Shown here: positions 28,686 through 38,436 of the stretch, in pieces | How positions within the stretch are numbered: position 1 is the stretch's first letter | Layout of the letters: every line of letters starts with the position of its first letter | Assembly (NCBI GenBank): GCA_964486045.1 | Contig: CAZALK010000005.1 | Coordinates: 128,001-192,000, forward strand | Direction: 5' to 3' | Source of the DNA: an uncultured archaeon | GTDB taxonomy: Archaea; Asgardarchaeota; Lokiarchaeia; Sigyniarchaeales; SOKP01 | Length of the DNA: 64,000 nt | Notes under the pieces: generated by a model | The model's input: only the letters and a program-made list of their open reading frames with translations | The model's database searches: none | What the model was told of the DNA's origin: nothing | Position numbers and translations under genes: made by a program

Positions 28686-29580
28686 GAAAAGAGTATTAGT
28701 GTACCCGGGATGTATTATCCGAAATCGTTTACCTTTTCTTGAAAAGAGCGCCCGTCTTGTTTTCGAAAGATTAGATTACGATCTTCAGGATGCACCCTTT
28801 GTTTGTTGTCCAGATCCAGTTGGAGTAGCTTCTATATCTAAAAAAACATGGTTAACTCTTGCAACACTTAATTTAACATTTGGTGAGAGTGAAAATTGTG
28901 AGATTTTATCCCTTTGTAATGGGTGTTCTGAAACTTTAGTGAGAGTCAATCATACAGTAAAAAATGATAAAGAAAGTTTAAAAGAAGTTAACGATATCCT
29001 CGAGAAGAAGGGTTATAAATATAACGGGAATGCTAAGGTTTCTCATTTTGTTAGAACATTAGTTGAAGATATTGGCGTCAAGAAGATTCAGAAAATAGTG
29101 AAAACAGTTTGGGATCACTATAGTGATATACACAATCCAATTAAAGGTTTAAGAATTGCTTCTCATCCAGGATGCCATTATAATAGACCAAGTGAAGTAC
29201 TTCAATGGGATAATCCAATAAATCCACAATACCAAGAAAAACTGATAAAATCAATTGGAGGTATTCCCGTATCATACGATGAAAAAATGCTTTGTTGTGG
29301 ATCTTGCGTTTCTAGAACTAGGGATGATATCGGATTGGAGATTATTAGGAAAAAATACCAAAGTGTGACAGAAGCAGGAGCACAAGTCATTTCTGTGAAT
29401 TGTCCAGCATGTTTCCAAATGATGGAATCACATCAGAGAATTGTAAATAAGAAATTTGAAGATAATTATAATATTCCGGTCCTTTATATAACAGAATTAA
29501 TGGCATTAGCATTTGGATACACACCAGAAGAGATTGGTTTCAAATTTCATTCCATCGGAAGTGGAAAAATTTTCTCTTAA
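28672..29580 (+). CDS. hdrB: Heterodisulfide reductase subunit B
   Basis: Two CCG domains: YPGC, VCCP, LCNGC and HPGCH, LCCG, NCPAC. IPVLYITELMALAFG. Confidence 0.92.
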   Translation: MAEVKKRVLVYPGCIIRNRLPFLEKSARLVFERLDYDLQDAPFVCCPDPVGVASISKKTWLTLATLNLTFGESENCEILSLCNGCSETLVRVNHTVKNDKESLKEVNDILEKKGYKYNGNAKVSHFVRTLVEDIGVKKIQKIVKTVWDHYSDIHNPIKGLRIASHPGCHYNRPSEVLQWDNPINPQYQEKLIKSIGGIPVSYDEKMLCCGSCVSRTRDDIGLEIIRKKYQSVTEAGAQVISVNCPACFQMMESHQRIVNKKFEDNYNIPVLYITELMALAFGYTPEEIGFKFHSIGSGKIFS

Positions 29581-29581
29581 A

Positions 29582-29596
29582 TTTTTTTTTTTTTTT
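29582..29596 (+). terminator. Oligo-T tract directly after hdrB, putative terminator
   Basis: Run of about 15 T between convergent genes. Confidence 0.5.
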
Positions 29597-29630
29597 AATT
29601 TTGCAAATTAAAAATAGATGTTAATAAGTG

Positions 29631-30086
29631 CTAAATATAAAAAGCAGCATATCTTAAAATGCCTGTGGTTAGTTGAACTGCTAAATCTATTACTAATAAA
29701 TATCCAATTATTCTATGGATTAATTTTATCTTCTTTCTTTTTTTTATAATTAAACTAGGAATAATTTGAAGAAAAACTAGTATTACTGCTATTAAACCCG
29801 TTAAACCATGAATACCTCCGAATTCAAAAGTATATTCTATATTTAAAACATTGTCCACTAATATACCAAGTGAGAAAGAAATGACTACAATTATCCCTGT
29901 TATTATAGCAAGAATTCTATGCGTATTAAAAGTATTTTTTGTGATCCTTGATAGTCCGAACCTTCCTGCATTTTTAGTACCAAATATTACAGTTATAAGA
30001 ATTAGAGTAAATGAACTAATACCAAAGATGATATGGAATATTATAGGAATCATATTTTTTATACAATTATTTATTATTTTTTTCAA
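29631..30086 (-). CDS. Four-TM cytochrome b561-like protein
   Basis: Four His, one per helix: IFHIIFG, THRILA, IHGLTG, IHRIIG. The likely start is the ATG at 30053. Confidence 0.7.
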   Translation of the reverse strand: MKKIINNCIKNMIPIIFHIIFGISSFTLILITVIFGTKNAGRFGLSRITKNTFNTHRILAIITGIIVVISFSLGILVDNVLNIEYTFEFGGIHGLTGLIAVILVFLQIIPSLIIKKRKKIKLIHRIIGYLLVIDLAVQLTTGILRYAAFYI

Positions 30087-30215
30087 TTAGTAAATTTCTT
30101 ACTAGAATTGTTATTTGAAATATGAAATAAACTTACCATTAATAGAAAATATAAATTATGATGATCCTTCTTTTAGAGCAAAAAATTATTGAAAAAATTT
30201 CTTATATTATAAAAT

Positions 30216-31361
30216 TTAGAATCCAAACATGTTAATTGGTGAAGAACCATCACCTGAGTCAACAGCAGCTTGTACGTATGGAGAAACAGGGCCGTTTGCT
30301 AAAACCATAATTTTTACCTTGGATCCCATATCTGGATTATTTTGAACACCAAATTTTAATTGAGCGCTCTCAGGAATTCCATTTGTAATAGTAGAGATAA
30401 CAGTATCTACTTTAGATAACGATAATGTATGATCGCCTGTAACAGATACTATACATCTCTCAACTTTACTAGTATCTGGTTCTAGCAGTGGATTATTTAG
30501 TGCTAATTTTGCTTTTTCTATTAAATCTGATTCATTTCCCACTGATTCTGCGATACCAACTAGCCCAGATGGGTATTTTTCTCCTTTAACAAAAATTCTT
30601 TTCACGTCAGCAAAGTCTATGTTGACTAGACCACAGTTATTAATCAGATTAACAACTTCTCCAATATTTCTAATTAAGACTTCATCCATGATTTTGAAGC
30701 CAGTAATCATCGGAATTTTTCCAACTATACTCAACAGATTGTCATTCGGGACGGTTATTAGGAAGTCAGAATATTCAGCAAGATTTTTTAAACCTTGTGT
30801 TGCTTTTACTGCCCGTTGAACGCCTTCTGATTTAAATGGAAGTGAACAGAAAGTAACCACTATTGAATTATTTTTCTTTGCCTCTTCTGCAATAATGGGT
30901 GCTGCTCCAGTGCCTGTTCCTCCACCTAATCCGCAAGTTAGAAAAATAATATCACCATCAAGAAGTTTACTCAATCTATCGCGATCTTCTACAGCAGCCT
31001 CATTTCCTACTGAAGGATCATTTCCTGAACCCATTCCTTGACATCGATCCTTACCAATTAAGACTTTATGTTTTGCGTTTGAATAATATAAATCATGGGC
31101 ATCAGTATTAATATTGATAGTTTCAGCATTTTTTATTCCAAGTTCTTCCAGTCGTGAAACTGTATTATTTCCGGCACCTCCAACTCCAACTACCAATGAT
31201 TTAATCTTTAAAACTTTCAATAATCCTGCTAAATAATTATCATCATCGCAATTTGGATTGGTGTTAGGATTTTGGTTTTGATGAGCTATTTCCTTAAATC
31301 TATCTCTTACAGATGATCGAGATTTTGCTAGTTCGGCTAAATCAAAAATATCATTACTCAT
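30216..31361 (-). CDS. ftsZ: Cell division protein FtsZ
   Basis: GVGGAGNN, NTD, GLGGGTGTG, PFKSEG, GLVNIDFADV (T7 loop). Confidence 0.95.
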   Translation of the reverse strand: MSNDIFDLAELAKSRSSVRDRFKEIAHQNQNPNTNPNCDDDNYLAGLLKVLKIKSLVVGVGGAGNNTVSRLEELGIKNAETININTDAHDLYYSNAKHKVLIGKDRCQGMGSGNDPSVGNEAAVEDRDRLSKLLDGDIIFLTCGLGGGTGTGAAPIIAEEAKKNNSIVVTFCSLPFKSEGVQRAVKATQGLKNLAEYSDFLITVPNDNLLSIVGKIPMITGFKIMDEVLIRNIGEVVNLINNCGLVNIDFADVKRIFVKGEKYPSGLVGIAESVGNESDLIEKAKLALNNPLLEPDTSKVERCIVSVTGDHTLSLSKVDTVISTITNGIPESAQLKFGVQNNPDMGSKVKIMVLANGPVSPYVQAAVDSGDGSSPINMFGF

Positions 31362-31719
31362 AAATTTTCATCAATAGAATTGAGTTTTTTATAATACTCA
31401 CATGTGCTTAGAATAATATATCATTATAATATGCCCATAACATGAAACGGATTAATCTCGGAATTTTGAATAAAGATAATTTCTGGATTTTTAAAAATTA
31501 AAGCCTACCACCAAATTTTTAGTAACCATCAATTAGATCTATCTCAACAGAAAAATGGGTAGATCTTGGAAAAGACACTTTTTACTGAAAGCAAAAGTGT
31601 GATAACTTCAAATTTGTCTGTTTTTTTATCCGAATTAAATTTTTTCATCTGAAATAAAGGACTAATTGCGTTAAGAAAGATTTATAAGCCCAAATTTCCA
31701 TGAATATCAAGTAGGAAAT

Positions 31720-31959
31720 ATGGAAATTGATAATACCAAAAACGGCAGCGGAGAGTCAATAAATGGCTCAGTAAGTACCGATTTAATAAAAGTGAGAGCT
31801 GTTATTACTTGTCCAAATGGTGATTACAAGAAAAAGTTTAGAAATCAATTTTTAAGAAAGGAAATAGAAATGATGATTGTTAGCTTTAAAGTTTTCGATT
31901 GGTTAACTTGTAATAAATGTGGGGAACTATTACAGTTACATCTAGAGTTTAATATTTAA
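31720..31959 (+). CDS. Small putative zinc-ribbon protein
   Basis: TCPNGD and TCNKCGE, with an SD-like AGGA upstream. Confidence 0.65.
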   Translation: MEIDNTKNGSGESINGSVSTDLIKVRAVITCPNGDYKKKFRNQFLRKEIEMMIVSFKVFDWLTCNKCGELLQLHLEFNI

Positions 31960-32325
31960 AATTTTAAAGAGGCTGCTTACAATTTTCATCTTTACTAATT
32001 TTTGGATTATAATTATGCTTTAATCTTAGATTTCAAGATTTATCAAATCTAAAATGATTTGTATTCATAATTTAAAGCTTTTATTTGTCATTTTATGAAT
32101 TGAAGAAAAAAGTTACCAATTGATGTTAAAATTTACATGCTATTCGGGAAGTTTAGGTATTACTAAATAAGTTCACAAACCTATGATCTTCAAAGTTATA
32201 AAATTCAAAATCAACGAATAGGTAGCATTAAAATTATTAGGAAACAAGACTATTATTTTTGTTAACGATCAAGAATTTATATAAAGCAAATATGTAATAT
32301 TTAAAATTTAATTGGATGACTTTTA

Positions 32326-34638
32326 ATGGTGCAAGTATTAAACAAGACAATCATAAAGGGGATAATCCCACGTATTGAAAGGCTCAGGGAGGAATTTTTG
32401 AATCTCAAACCTACGGCTTCAATTGAGAGGGCCCGTATTGAAACAAAAGTAATGAAGGAAACAGAAGGAGAGTCAGTGATCACCCGTAGAGCAAAAGTTT
32501 TCGCTGCAACAGTAAGGGAGATGCCAATTTATATTTACCCCAATCAGCTGATTGTAGGATGTACAAGTGTCAGGCCACTCTGTACTAATGTTACACCCGC
32601 GATCAATTTAGCGGCACTAAAAGTTGGGCATTCATACATTCTTGGAACGAGAGAAGATGCCCCCTTTCCGGAGCTTAGTGATGAGGATATGAAAGAGTGG
32701 AAGGAACTTACACCTTACTGGACAGAACAAGGTAGAAAAGTGAATACGCATCACTTTGGTCATAACATCCATGATCATCAGAAGGTACTGAAGAAAGGCT
32801 TTTTTGGAATAAAAGAAGAGGCTGAGGAAAGATTATCAAGGCTTGACCTTACTGAACCTGATGAAGCTGCAAAAGTACCCTTCCTAAAGGGTGTGATTAT
32901 GGCAATGGAAGCTGCAGCCGAAATTGGGAAAAGATTTGCTTCCTTAGCAAGGAAATTAGCTGAAAAAGAAGAGGATAGTATAAGAAATGCCGAGTTACTG
33001 AAGATTGCCGAGGTTTGTGATCAAGTACCGGCACATCCAGCAAGAACATTCTATGAAGCATTACAATCTTACTACTTTTCTTACCTTTTATTGTTTTGGG
33101 AGGTAATACCCACCCTGGGTTTTAGTCAGGGTAGGATGGATCAATATCTATATCCATACTATAAACAGGACATAAGAGAAGGACGAATAACCAAAGAAGA
33201 AGCACAAGAGTTAATTGATTGTTACCTACTCGCGGGAAACTTCGAGAGAGATGTAAATCCTTCGGGAACGCCAATGACAGTTGGTGGTGTTAAAACTAAT
33301 GGACAGGATGCCACCAATGAACTCTCTTACATGTTTATAGAAAGTGTTATGCACACCAGGTTACCACTTCCTTGGCTTAGCGTGCTAGTTCATAATCAAA
33401 TGCCAGATGAATTGTTAATAAAAGCATGTCAACTCTGCACATTAGGGACCGGTCAGCCACAATTCGTCAATAGCGATGTTATAATATCCCAAGCTCTTGC
33501 TCGTGGTAGTATGGGTGGTCCAACGATAACACTGGAGGATGCTCGAAACGCTTCCCCACAGGGGTGCTTCGAACTGGTAATACCTGGTAAAGATTCTGGA
33601 TACTTTTACTTCCAAATGCCTAATCTTGCGGCCTGTATGGAGTATGTCATGACTAATGGGGTTCGTCGTATCGATAAAAGAAAATTTGGATTAGAGACAG
33701 GTGACCCAAGAAAATTCACATCATTTGAAGAGGTTCAGGAAGCTTTTCGTAAACAATTGGCTTGGATGAGAAGATACATTCAAAAATCTGGTAACATTGT
33801 GGAAAGAAAAATAATCGAATTTACCCCAACGGTTTATGAATCTGCTTTAATAGAAGGTTGTATTGAAAAGGGGATATGCAGGGAAGAAGGTGGAGTTCAT
33901 TACAATTTTAATAACGGAGGGGCAGTACTTGCATCAACAGATGCAGGAGATTCTTTGGCTGCAATCAAGAAGCTTGTATTTGATGAAAAAAAATTCACAA
34001 TGGCGGACTTATGTGATGCTCTTGATAAAAATTTTGAAGGATATGAGGAATTACAGCACATGTTACTAACCGCACCTAAGTTTGGAAATAATGATGACTA
34101 CGCTGACGAACAGGCGGCTTGGGTTTTACATCAGTGGATGATCGAATTCAACAAAGTAAAGAACCTGCGTGGAGGTCAAGGTTGCCCAGGAGGTTCCGTG
34201 ATGGGATCTTATGATCCACAAGGCAAGCTAGTTGGAGCCCTCCCCTCGGGAAGATTAGCTGGGGAACCGCTGGTAGATGCTTCCTCTCCTAGCCGTGGGA
34301 AAGATTTAAAGGGTCCAACAGCAGTAATAAATTCCATGGGAAAAATTGATCATGTTGAAATACTCGGTGGTATTACTTTTAATTTAAGAATAGATCCAGC
34401 GGTTTTTAAAGATGGAAATATGGAAAGAATGGCTGCCATGGTAAGATCATTTATCGATCAGAAGATTTTTCATATGCAAGTTAATGTAGTTTCTTCAGAC
34501 ACGTTGAGAGCTGCCCAGAAAGATCCCGAGAAATATCGAGACTTAGTTGTAAAGGTAGCTGGTTATAATGCTTTTTTCACGCAATTGACTGATTCTCTAC
34601 AGGATACCATCATTACCAGGACAGAACACAGACTATAG
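32326..34638 (+). CDS. Glycyl radical enzyme (PFL family, non-PFL type), substrate unknown
   Basis: RAKVF, GRMDQYLYPYY, Cys loop PQGCFEL, APKFGN, PSGRLAGEPL, Gly loop YRDLVVKVAGYNAFF. Confidence 0.92.
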   Translation: MVQVLNKTIIKGIIPRIERLREEFLNLKPTASIERARIETKVMKETEGESVITRRAKVFAATVREMPIYIYPNQLIVGCTSVRPLCTNVTPAINLAALKVGHSYILGTREDAPFPELSDEDMKEWKELTPYWTEQGRKVNTHHFGHNIHDHQKVLKKGFFGIKEEAEERLSRLDLTEPDEAAKVPFLKGVIMAMEAAAEIGKRFASLARKLAEKEEDSIRNAELLKIAEVCDQVPAHPARTFYEALQSYYFSYLLLFWEVIPTLGFSQGRMDQYLYPYYKQDIREGRITKEEAQELIDCYLLAGNFERDVNPSGTPMTVGGVKTNGQDATNELSYMFIESVMHTRLPLPWLSVLVHNQMPDELLIKACQLCTLGTGQPQFVNSDVIISQALARGSMGGPTITLEDARNASPQGCFELVIPGKDSGYFYFQMPNLAACMEYVMTNGVRRIDKRKFGLETGDPRKFTSFEEVQEAFRKQLAWMRRYIQKSGNIVERKIIEFTPTVYESALIEGCIEKGICREEGGVHYNFNNGGAVLASTDAGDSLAAIKKLVFDEKKFTMADLCDALDKNFEGYEELQHMLLTAPKFGNNDDYADEQAAWVLHQWMIEFNKVKNLRGGQGCPGGSVMGSYDPQGKLVGALPSGRLAGEPLVDASSPSRGKDLKGPTAVINSMGKIDHVEILGGITFNLRIDPAVFKDGNMERMAAMVRSFIDQKIFHMQVNVVSSDTLRAAQKDPEKYRDLVVKVAGYNAFFTQLTDSLQDTIITRTEHRL

Positions 34639-34736
34639 AAAAATGAAGATTTTATTATAAAATTCTGAAATTTTCCAAAATCACTTTCCTACTTATTCTT
34701 GGAAAGATATTTTACTTTTCAAAAAACGTATCGTTC

Positions 34737-36047
34737 TTATATTTCAAAATTAAAATGACCGTATGTACCACCACCACCGGGAGTATATTCAATTTCATTA
34801 TTTCTAAGTGCGTTAATTACTGAAGAGATAGTGGGATCAAATTCTTCAATCTTGCTAATTGGTATATCGATTAAAATCTCGAATTCTTTTCCAAGTTCTT
34901 TAATTAGTTTGTCATAGGCATTTAAAACCGTTTTACTCGTAGGACTTTTTATTCCTTTTACAGATCGGATAATATCTATAAGTGGTATGGCATCAACATA
35001 TTTTGGTCGATGATCTGGGTGTTTTGGTATTTCATGCGTAGAAATTTTTTCAATTCTTTCACTCACTCCTAATTTAACTTTGAAATTTTTATTCTTCTCA
35101 TCTTTACATGCCGGACAAACCATTTTATTCTTAGCAACTTGATTTATAAATTGTTTTCTCGCCGTATCAGGATCGTTAGAAAAATAATTTACAAAATCTT
35201 CTGATTTTGAATATTGGCTAAAAATAGAAATCCCGGTTTTATCAGTTTTCTTGAATATAACTCTTCTACGACATTTATTACAGAACATATTAAAGTATTT
35301 GCCTAGTTCCGGACTTAACCCTACGTTTAATATGATTCTTCTGCTGTCTTTTCTCATCAAAGCTAAAAATAATTCCTCAAAGGAGGGATTATCAAGATCC
35401 ACCTTATTAAATTCACGTCCTAGAGAGCGCGGGCTTTGTGAATGCGCGTCGCTATTACTCAAAAATGACACATTTTTTAAACTCCCTAATCTATCTGCTA
35501 AATCTGTATTAGCTGAAAGACCTAACTCTAAAAAATGTACTTCTTTTGCTGCGTCTTGGTAACAATCCTTGATTGTTTCAAATTTACCCTGACGAAAAAT
35601 CGCTTTAAAAGGCGTAAATGCATGTGCTGGACCAATAATTCCTCCTGAATCTGAAATTATATCAACCAATGCTGGAGGTGATAAGTTAACTCTAGGTCTT
35701 CCGCCCCATTCATCTAAAATATTTTTTGAATATGATTTTAATTTGTTTTGAATTTCTTTAACTGAATTGAAATCAGGAAATAAAACTAGATGATGAATAC
35801 TTTCTATATCCTCAATTTCAGTCTGAAGGATAAAAAAAACACCTTTATACGAAAAAGATCTATCATCTTCCTTTTTCAAATTACGTTCCATGTATTTAAA
35901 CCATTCTGGTTGCAGGATATCCCCAGTTCCAAGAATATTTAGACCTTTCTTTTTACAGGTCTCCAGCATTGTATCTAAATTCAATGATTTAGAGACTGCA
36001 ATAGAGTGGGGACTATGTATGTGGAGATCAGCGTTAAAAACATCCAT
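34737..36047 (-). CDS. endoQ: Endonuclease Q (PHP domain, deaminated-base repair)
   Basis: ADLHIHS, GTGD, GPAHAFTP, ELGLSA, SNSDAHS, LGRE, CNKC and CPAC, LGVSERI, PGGGGTYG. Confidence 0.88.
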   Translation of the reverse strand: MDVFNADLHIHSPHSIAVSKSLNLDTMLETCKKKGLNILGTGDILQPEWFKYMERNLKKEDDRSFSYKGVFFILQTEIEDIESIHHLVLFPDFNSVKEIQNKLKSYSKNILDEWGGRPRVNLSPPALVDIISDSGGIIGPAHAFTPFKAIFRQGKFETIKDCYQDAAKEVHFLELGLSANTDLADRLGSLKNVSFLSNSDAHSQSPRSLGREFNKVDLDNPSFEELFLALMRKDSRRIILNVGLSPELGKYFNMFCNKCRRRVIFKKTDKTGISIFSQYSKSEDFVNYFSNDPDTARKQFINQVAKNKMVCPACKDEKNKNFKVKLGVSERIEKISTHEIPKHPDHRPKYVDAIPLIDIIRSVKGIKSPTSKTVLNAYDKLIKELGKEFEILIDIPISKIEEFDPTISSVINALRNNEIEYTPGGGGTYGHFNFEI

Positions 36048-36106
36048 CAGTTATTAAAAACCTTACTTCAATAAAAAGATTTTAATAACGTGTTAATTAT
36101 TTGAAT

Positions 36107-37156
36107 TCAGCTTACGATTATCATCTTGTCTTTCGTTTGATCAGTCAATATAATTCTAAAATATTCTAATTCATTCTTGAAAACAACTTTTTCTAATTTA
36201 CCTTCTACTAAGACAGTGTTACCCTCCTTAACATGCTCACAGAAACGCGCTCGAAAAGAATTTATTTCTAAAATTGTCTTAGGATCGACATTTTTCATGG
36301 TTGATTTTCTATCCAGGATTTTTAAAACTTTAATTTTATAAGAGCAGGGTGTAAATATTGAATCTTTAGAGTCAGTAACTAAAACTTTAGCTTTAATTCT
36401 ACCATTATTTTTATATTGATACTCATAAAATGTTCCTTTCCAATCATTAGGGCTCTTAATGTACCTTATAAAAAAATTATGTCCATAGAATTTACCTTGA
36501 TGTAACTTTCCCCGTTCGGACTTCATAAACTCTTTAAAAGATATATCTGATCCTCCAACCCTCCAGTTATAATGAGACTTATATTCATCTAGATTGTACA
36601 TTCTAAATTGATTCTGTGCTTTAAATATACCTTTTAATTTTTCTTGAAATTTGATTGAAGTTTCTGTACCATAGATTATTATGTCAATATCTGAATCTTC
36701 TTTATTTAATCCTGACATAACTGAACCTGTAATTCCTATTGTGTTGATAGAAATATTTCCTTCATTTATAAATAATTCACATAAATCTAAAGAGTATTTT
36801 TCTGTAGAAGCGAGGTTTTTCTTTTCAATTAATTCCTTTAAACAATCTTGGGGTGTGTAAATTTTTTTAATATCATTATTATAAACCCCCTGTACCTTTA
36901 TATCAAGTTCTTTAGAGAAAAATAAGTATTCAGGATGAAATTTTCTTAATAGTGAATACCGCTCATCTAAATCATAAATTTTTTTATACTTAGTGCCATT
37001 TTTTCTCCGGTCTCCCTCGGGATGTGGATAAAACCTCAAAAAACAGATTTTTCTATCATTTGGGTGGAGTAACCCTTTAACATCAAAGATTAAGTTAGTT
37101 TTCTTAGTTTCAATATAATCCCCTTCAATTCCTTTGTTGAATTCCATGAATTTCAC
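36107..37156 (-). CDS. Predicted Pol-beta-type nucleotidyltransferase (archaeal, with C-terminal OB-like region)
   Basis: IGITGSVMSGL...SDIDIIIYG, VKGLLHP, VEGKLEKV. Confidence 0.75.
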   Translation of the reverse strand: MKFMEFNKGIEGDYIETKKTNLIFDVKGLLHPNDRKICFLRFYPHPEGDRRKNGTKYKKIYDLDERYSLLRKFHPEYLFFSKELDIKVQGVYNNDIKKIYTPQDCLKELIEKKNLASTEKYSLDLCELFINEGNISINTIGITGSVMSGLNKEDSDIDIIIYGTETSIKFQEKLKGIFKAQNQFRMYNLDEYKSHYNWRVGGSDISFKEFMKSERGKLHQGKFYGHNFFIRYIKSPNDWKGTFYEYQYKNNGRIKAKVLVTDSKDSIFTPCSYKIKVLKILDRKSTMKNVDPKTILEINSFRARFCEHVKEGNTVLVEGKLEKVVFKNELEYFRIILTDQTKDKMIIVS

Positions 37157-37175
37157 AGCAAAAATATTATGGGTA

Positions 37176-38312
37176 TTAATATTTTGAAGGAGTTTTTGAT
37201 TTTATTTTATGTTTTGGGATGGTCTTTGTTTTTCTTAATTCTTTTTCAAAATTTCTTTTTTCGGTTTGGAATCGTTGTTTGTCTTTCTCTAATTTTTCTC
37301 TCTCCCGTTTTATCATATTTTTATCACGACTTAAATCTGATTTCTCCCTTTCCAAGCGTTTGAGATCATTATTTAATCTTTGAAATTTTTCTTCTAATGG
37401 GGGAATTTTTCTAGATATAGAGTGGAATTTGTTTTCAGCTTTTGGAATTTTACTTTCTAATTCTTTCATTCTTGCTTCTTGTTGCCTTTTTTTGCTTCCC
37501 AGACTTTTTACATCATTTTCTACATTATTTCTATACTTTTTTAGATCTTCCTTCTTCTTTTCGACTTCACGAGCTTTGAGGTTTAAATTATCTTTTTGAT
37601 AACGTAATTTCTCTCTGTTTTCTTTAAGCTTTCTTTTTTCATCACTAATTCTGTTTCTGTCATCAACTAACTCTCTCTTTAGACTATTAACTTCTCTATT
37701 GAGATCGTCTCGTTTTTTTGTTAAATTTTTTATTTTGCTCCTTAAATCTCCTAACTTGTTCTCTAAATCTTCATTAGTCCTCTCAAGTGCGCTTTTTCTT
37801 CTCTCCATTCCCGGTAACTTAGTTTTTATCTCATTTAGTTGTTTTTCTGCATTCTGCTTCTCGGAATCTAATGAATTTTTTTGGTTTCCTAACTCTTCTC
37901 TCAAATTATCTAATTTTTTCTTAAACCTATCCAATTGAGCTTTCTTTTGATTTAATCCATCATTTTCTTTTCTTACCTTATCTTTTAATCGTTGCTCTCT
38001 TTCAATTAATTCTTTTTTCTGCAGCTCTATATCATTTTTGGCTTTTATCAGACTGTTCTGGATGATATCTCGCTTTTCACGAAGATTTTTTAATTCAAGT
38101 TCTTCATTTTTTCTTTTTTTTTCAAGATCTGCAATATTCTCTTTGTAATTTTCAATTTGGTTAAAGTGATTTTCCCATTCAATCTTTTCTTTATTTAATT
38201 TGATTCTTTCCTTCCTTATCTTTTTTAATAATTTCTTATCAATACTTATGTCTCCATAATCATCTGGGGTTTTTTCTTGTATTTGGTGTTTAGGGATAGG
38301 TTTATCATTCAT
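37176..38312 (-). CDS. Long coiled-coil protein with matching N- and C-terminal motifs
   Basis: About 340 aa of K/E/R/L heptads. KPIPKHQIQEKTPDDY at the N-terminus and KTIPKHKIKSKTPSKY at the C-terminus. Confidence 0.8.
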   Translation of the reverse strand: MNDKPIPKHQIQEKTPDDYGDISIDKKLLKKIRKERIKLNKEKIEWENHFNQIENYKENIADLEKKRKNEELELKNLREKRDIIQNSLIKAKNDIELQKKELIEREQRLKDKVRKENDGLNQKKAQLDRFKKKLDNLREELGNQKNSLDSEKQNAEKQLNEIKTKLPGMERRKSALERTNEDLENKLGDLRSKIKNLTKKRDDLNREVNSLKRELVDDRNRISDEKRKLKENREKLRYQKDNLNLKAREVEKKKEDLKKYRNNVENDVKSLGSKKRQQEARMKELESKIPKAENKFHSISRKIPPLEEKFQRLNNDLKRLEREKSDLSRDKNMIKREREKLEKDKQRFQTEKRNFEKELRKTKTIPKHKIKSKTPSKY

Positions 38313-38436
38313 ATTCTTTTAATCATTATCTCATTCTACTAATAAATCCATATTAATTCTAACTCTAAAGTGTTTGCAATTTAATTAAAATGGTTTAAAA
38401 TGACAAATTACATTTATTTAACCATATCAATAATGT

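Noticed and set aside
30216-31361. Tubulin or CetZ instead of FtsZ
   Set aside because: GGGTGTG, NTD, PFxxEG and NIDFAD are canonical FtsZ motifs.
37176-38312. SMC/Rad50 or ESCRT-III assignment for the coiled-coil protein
   Set aside because: No Walker A/B, signature motif, hinge or zinc hook. The length and pattern do not match Snf7-family proteins.
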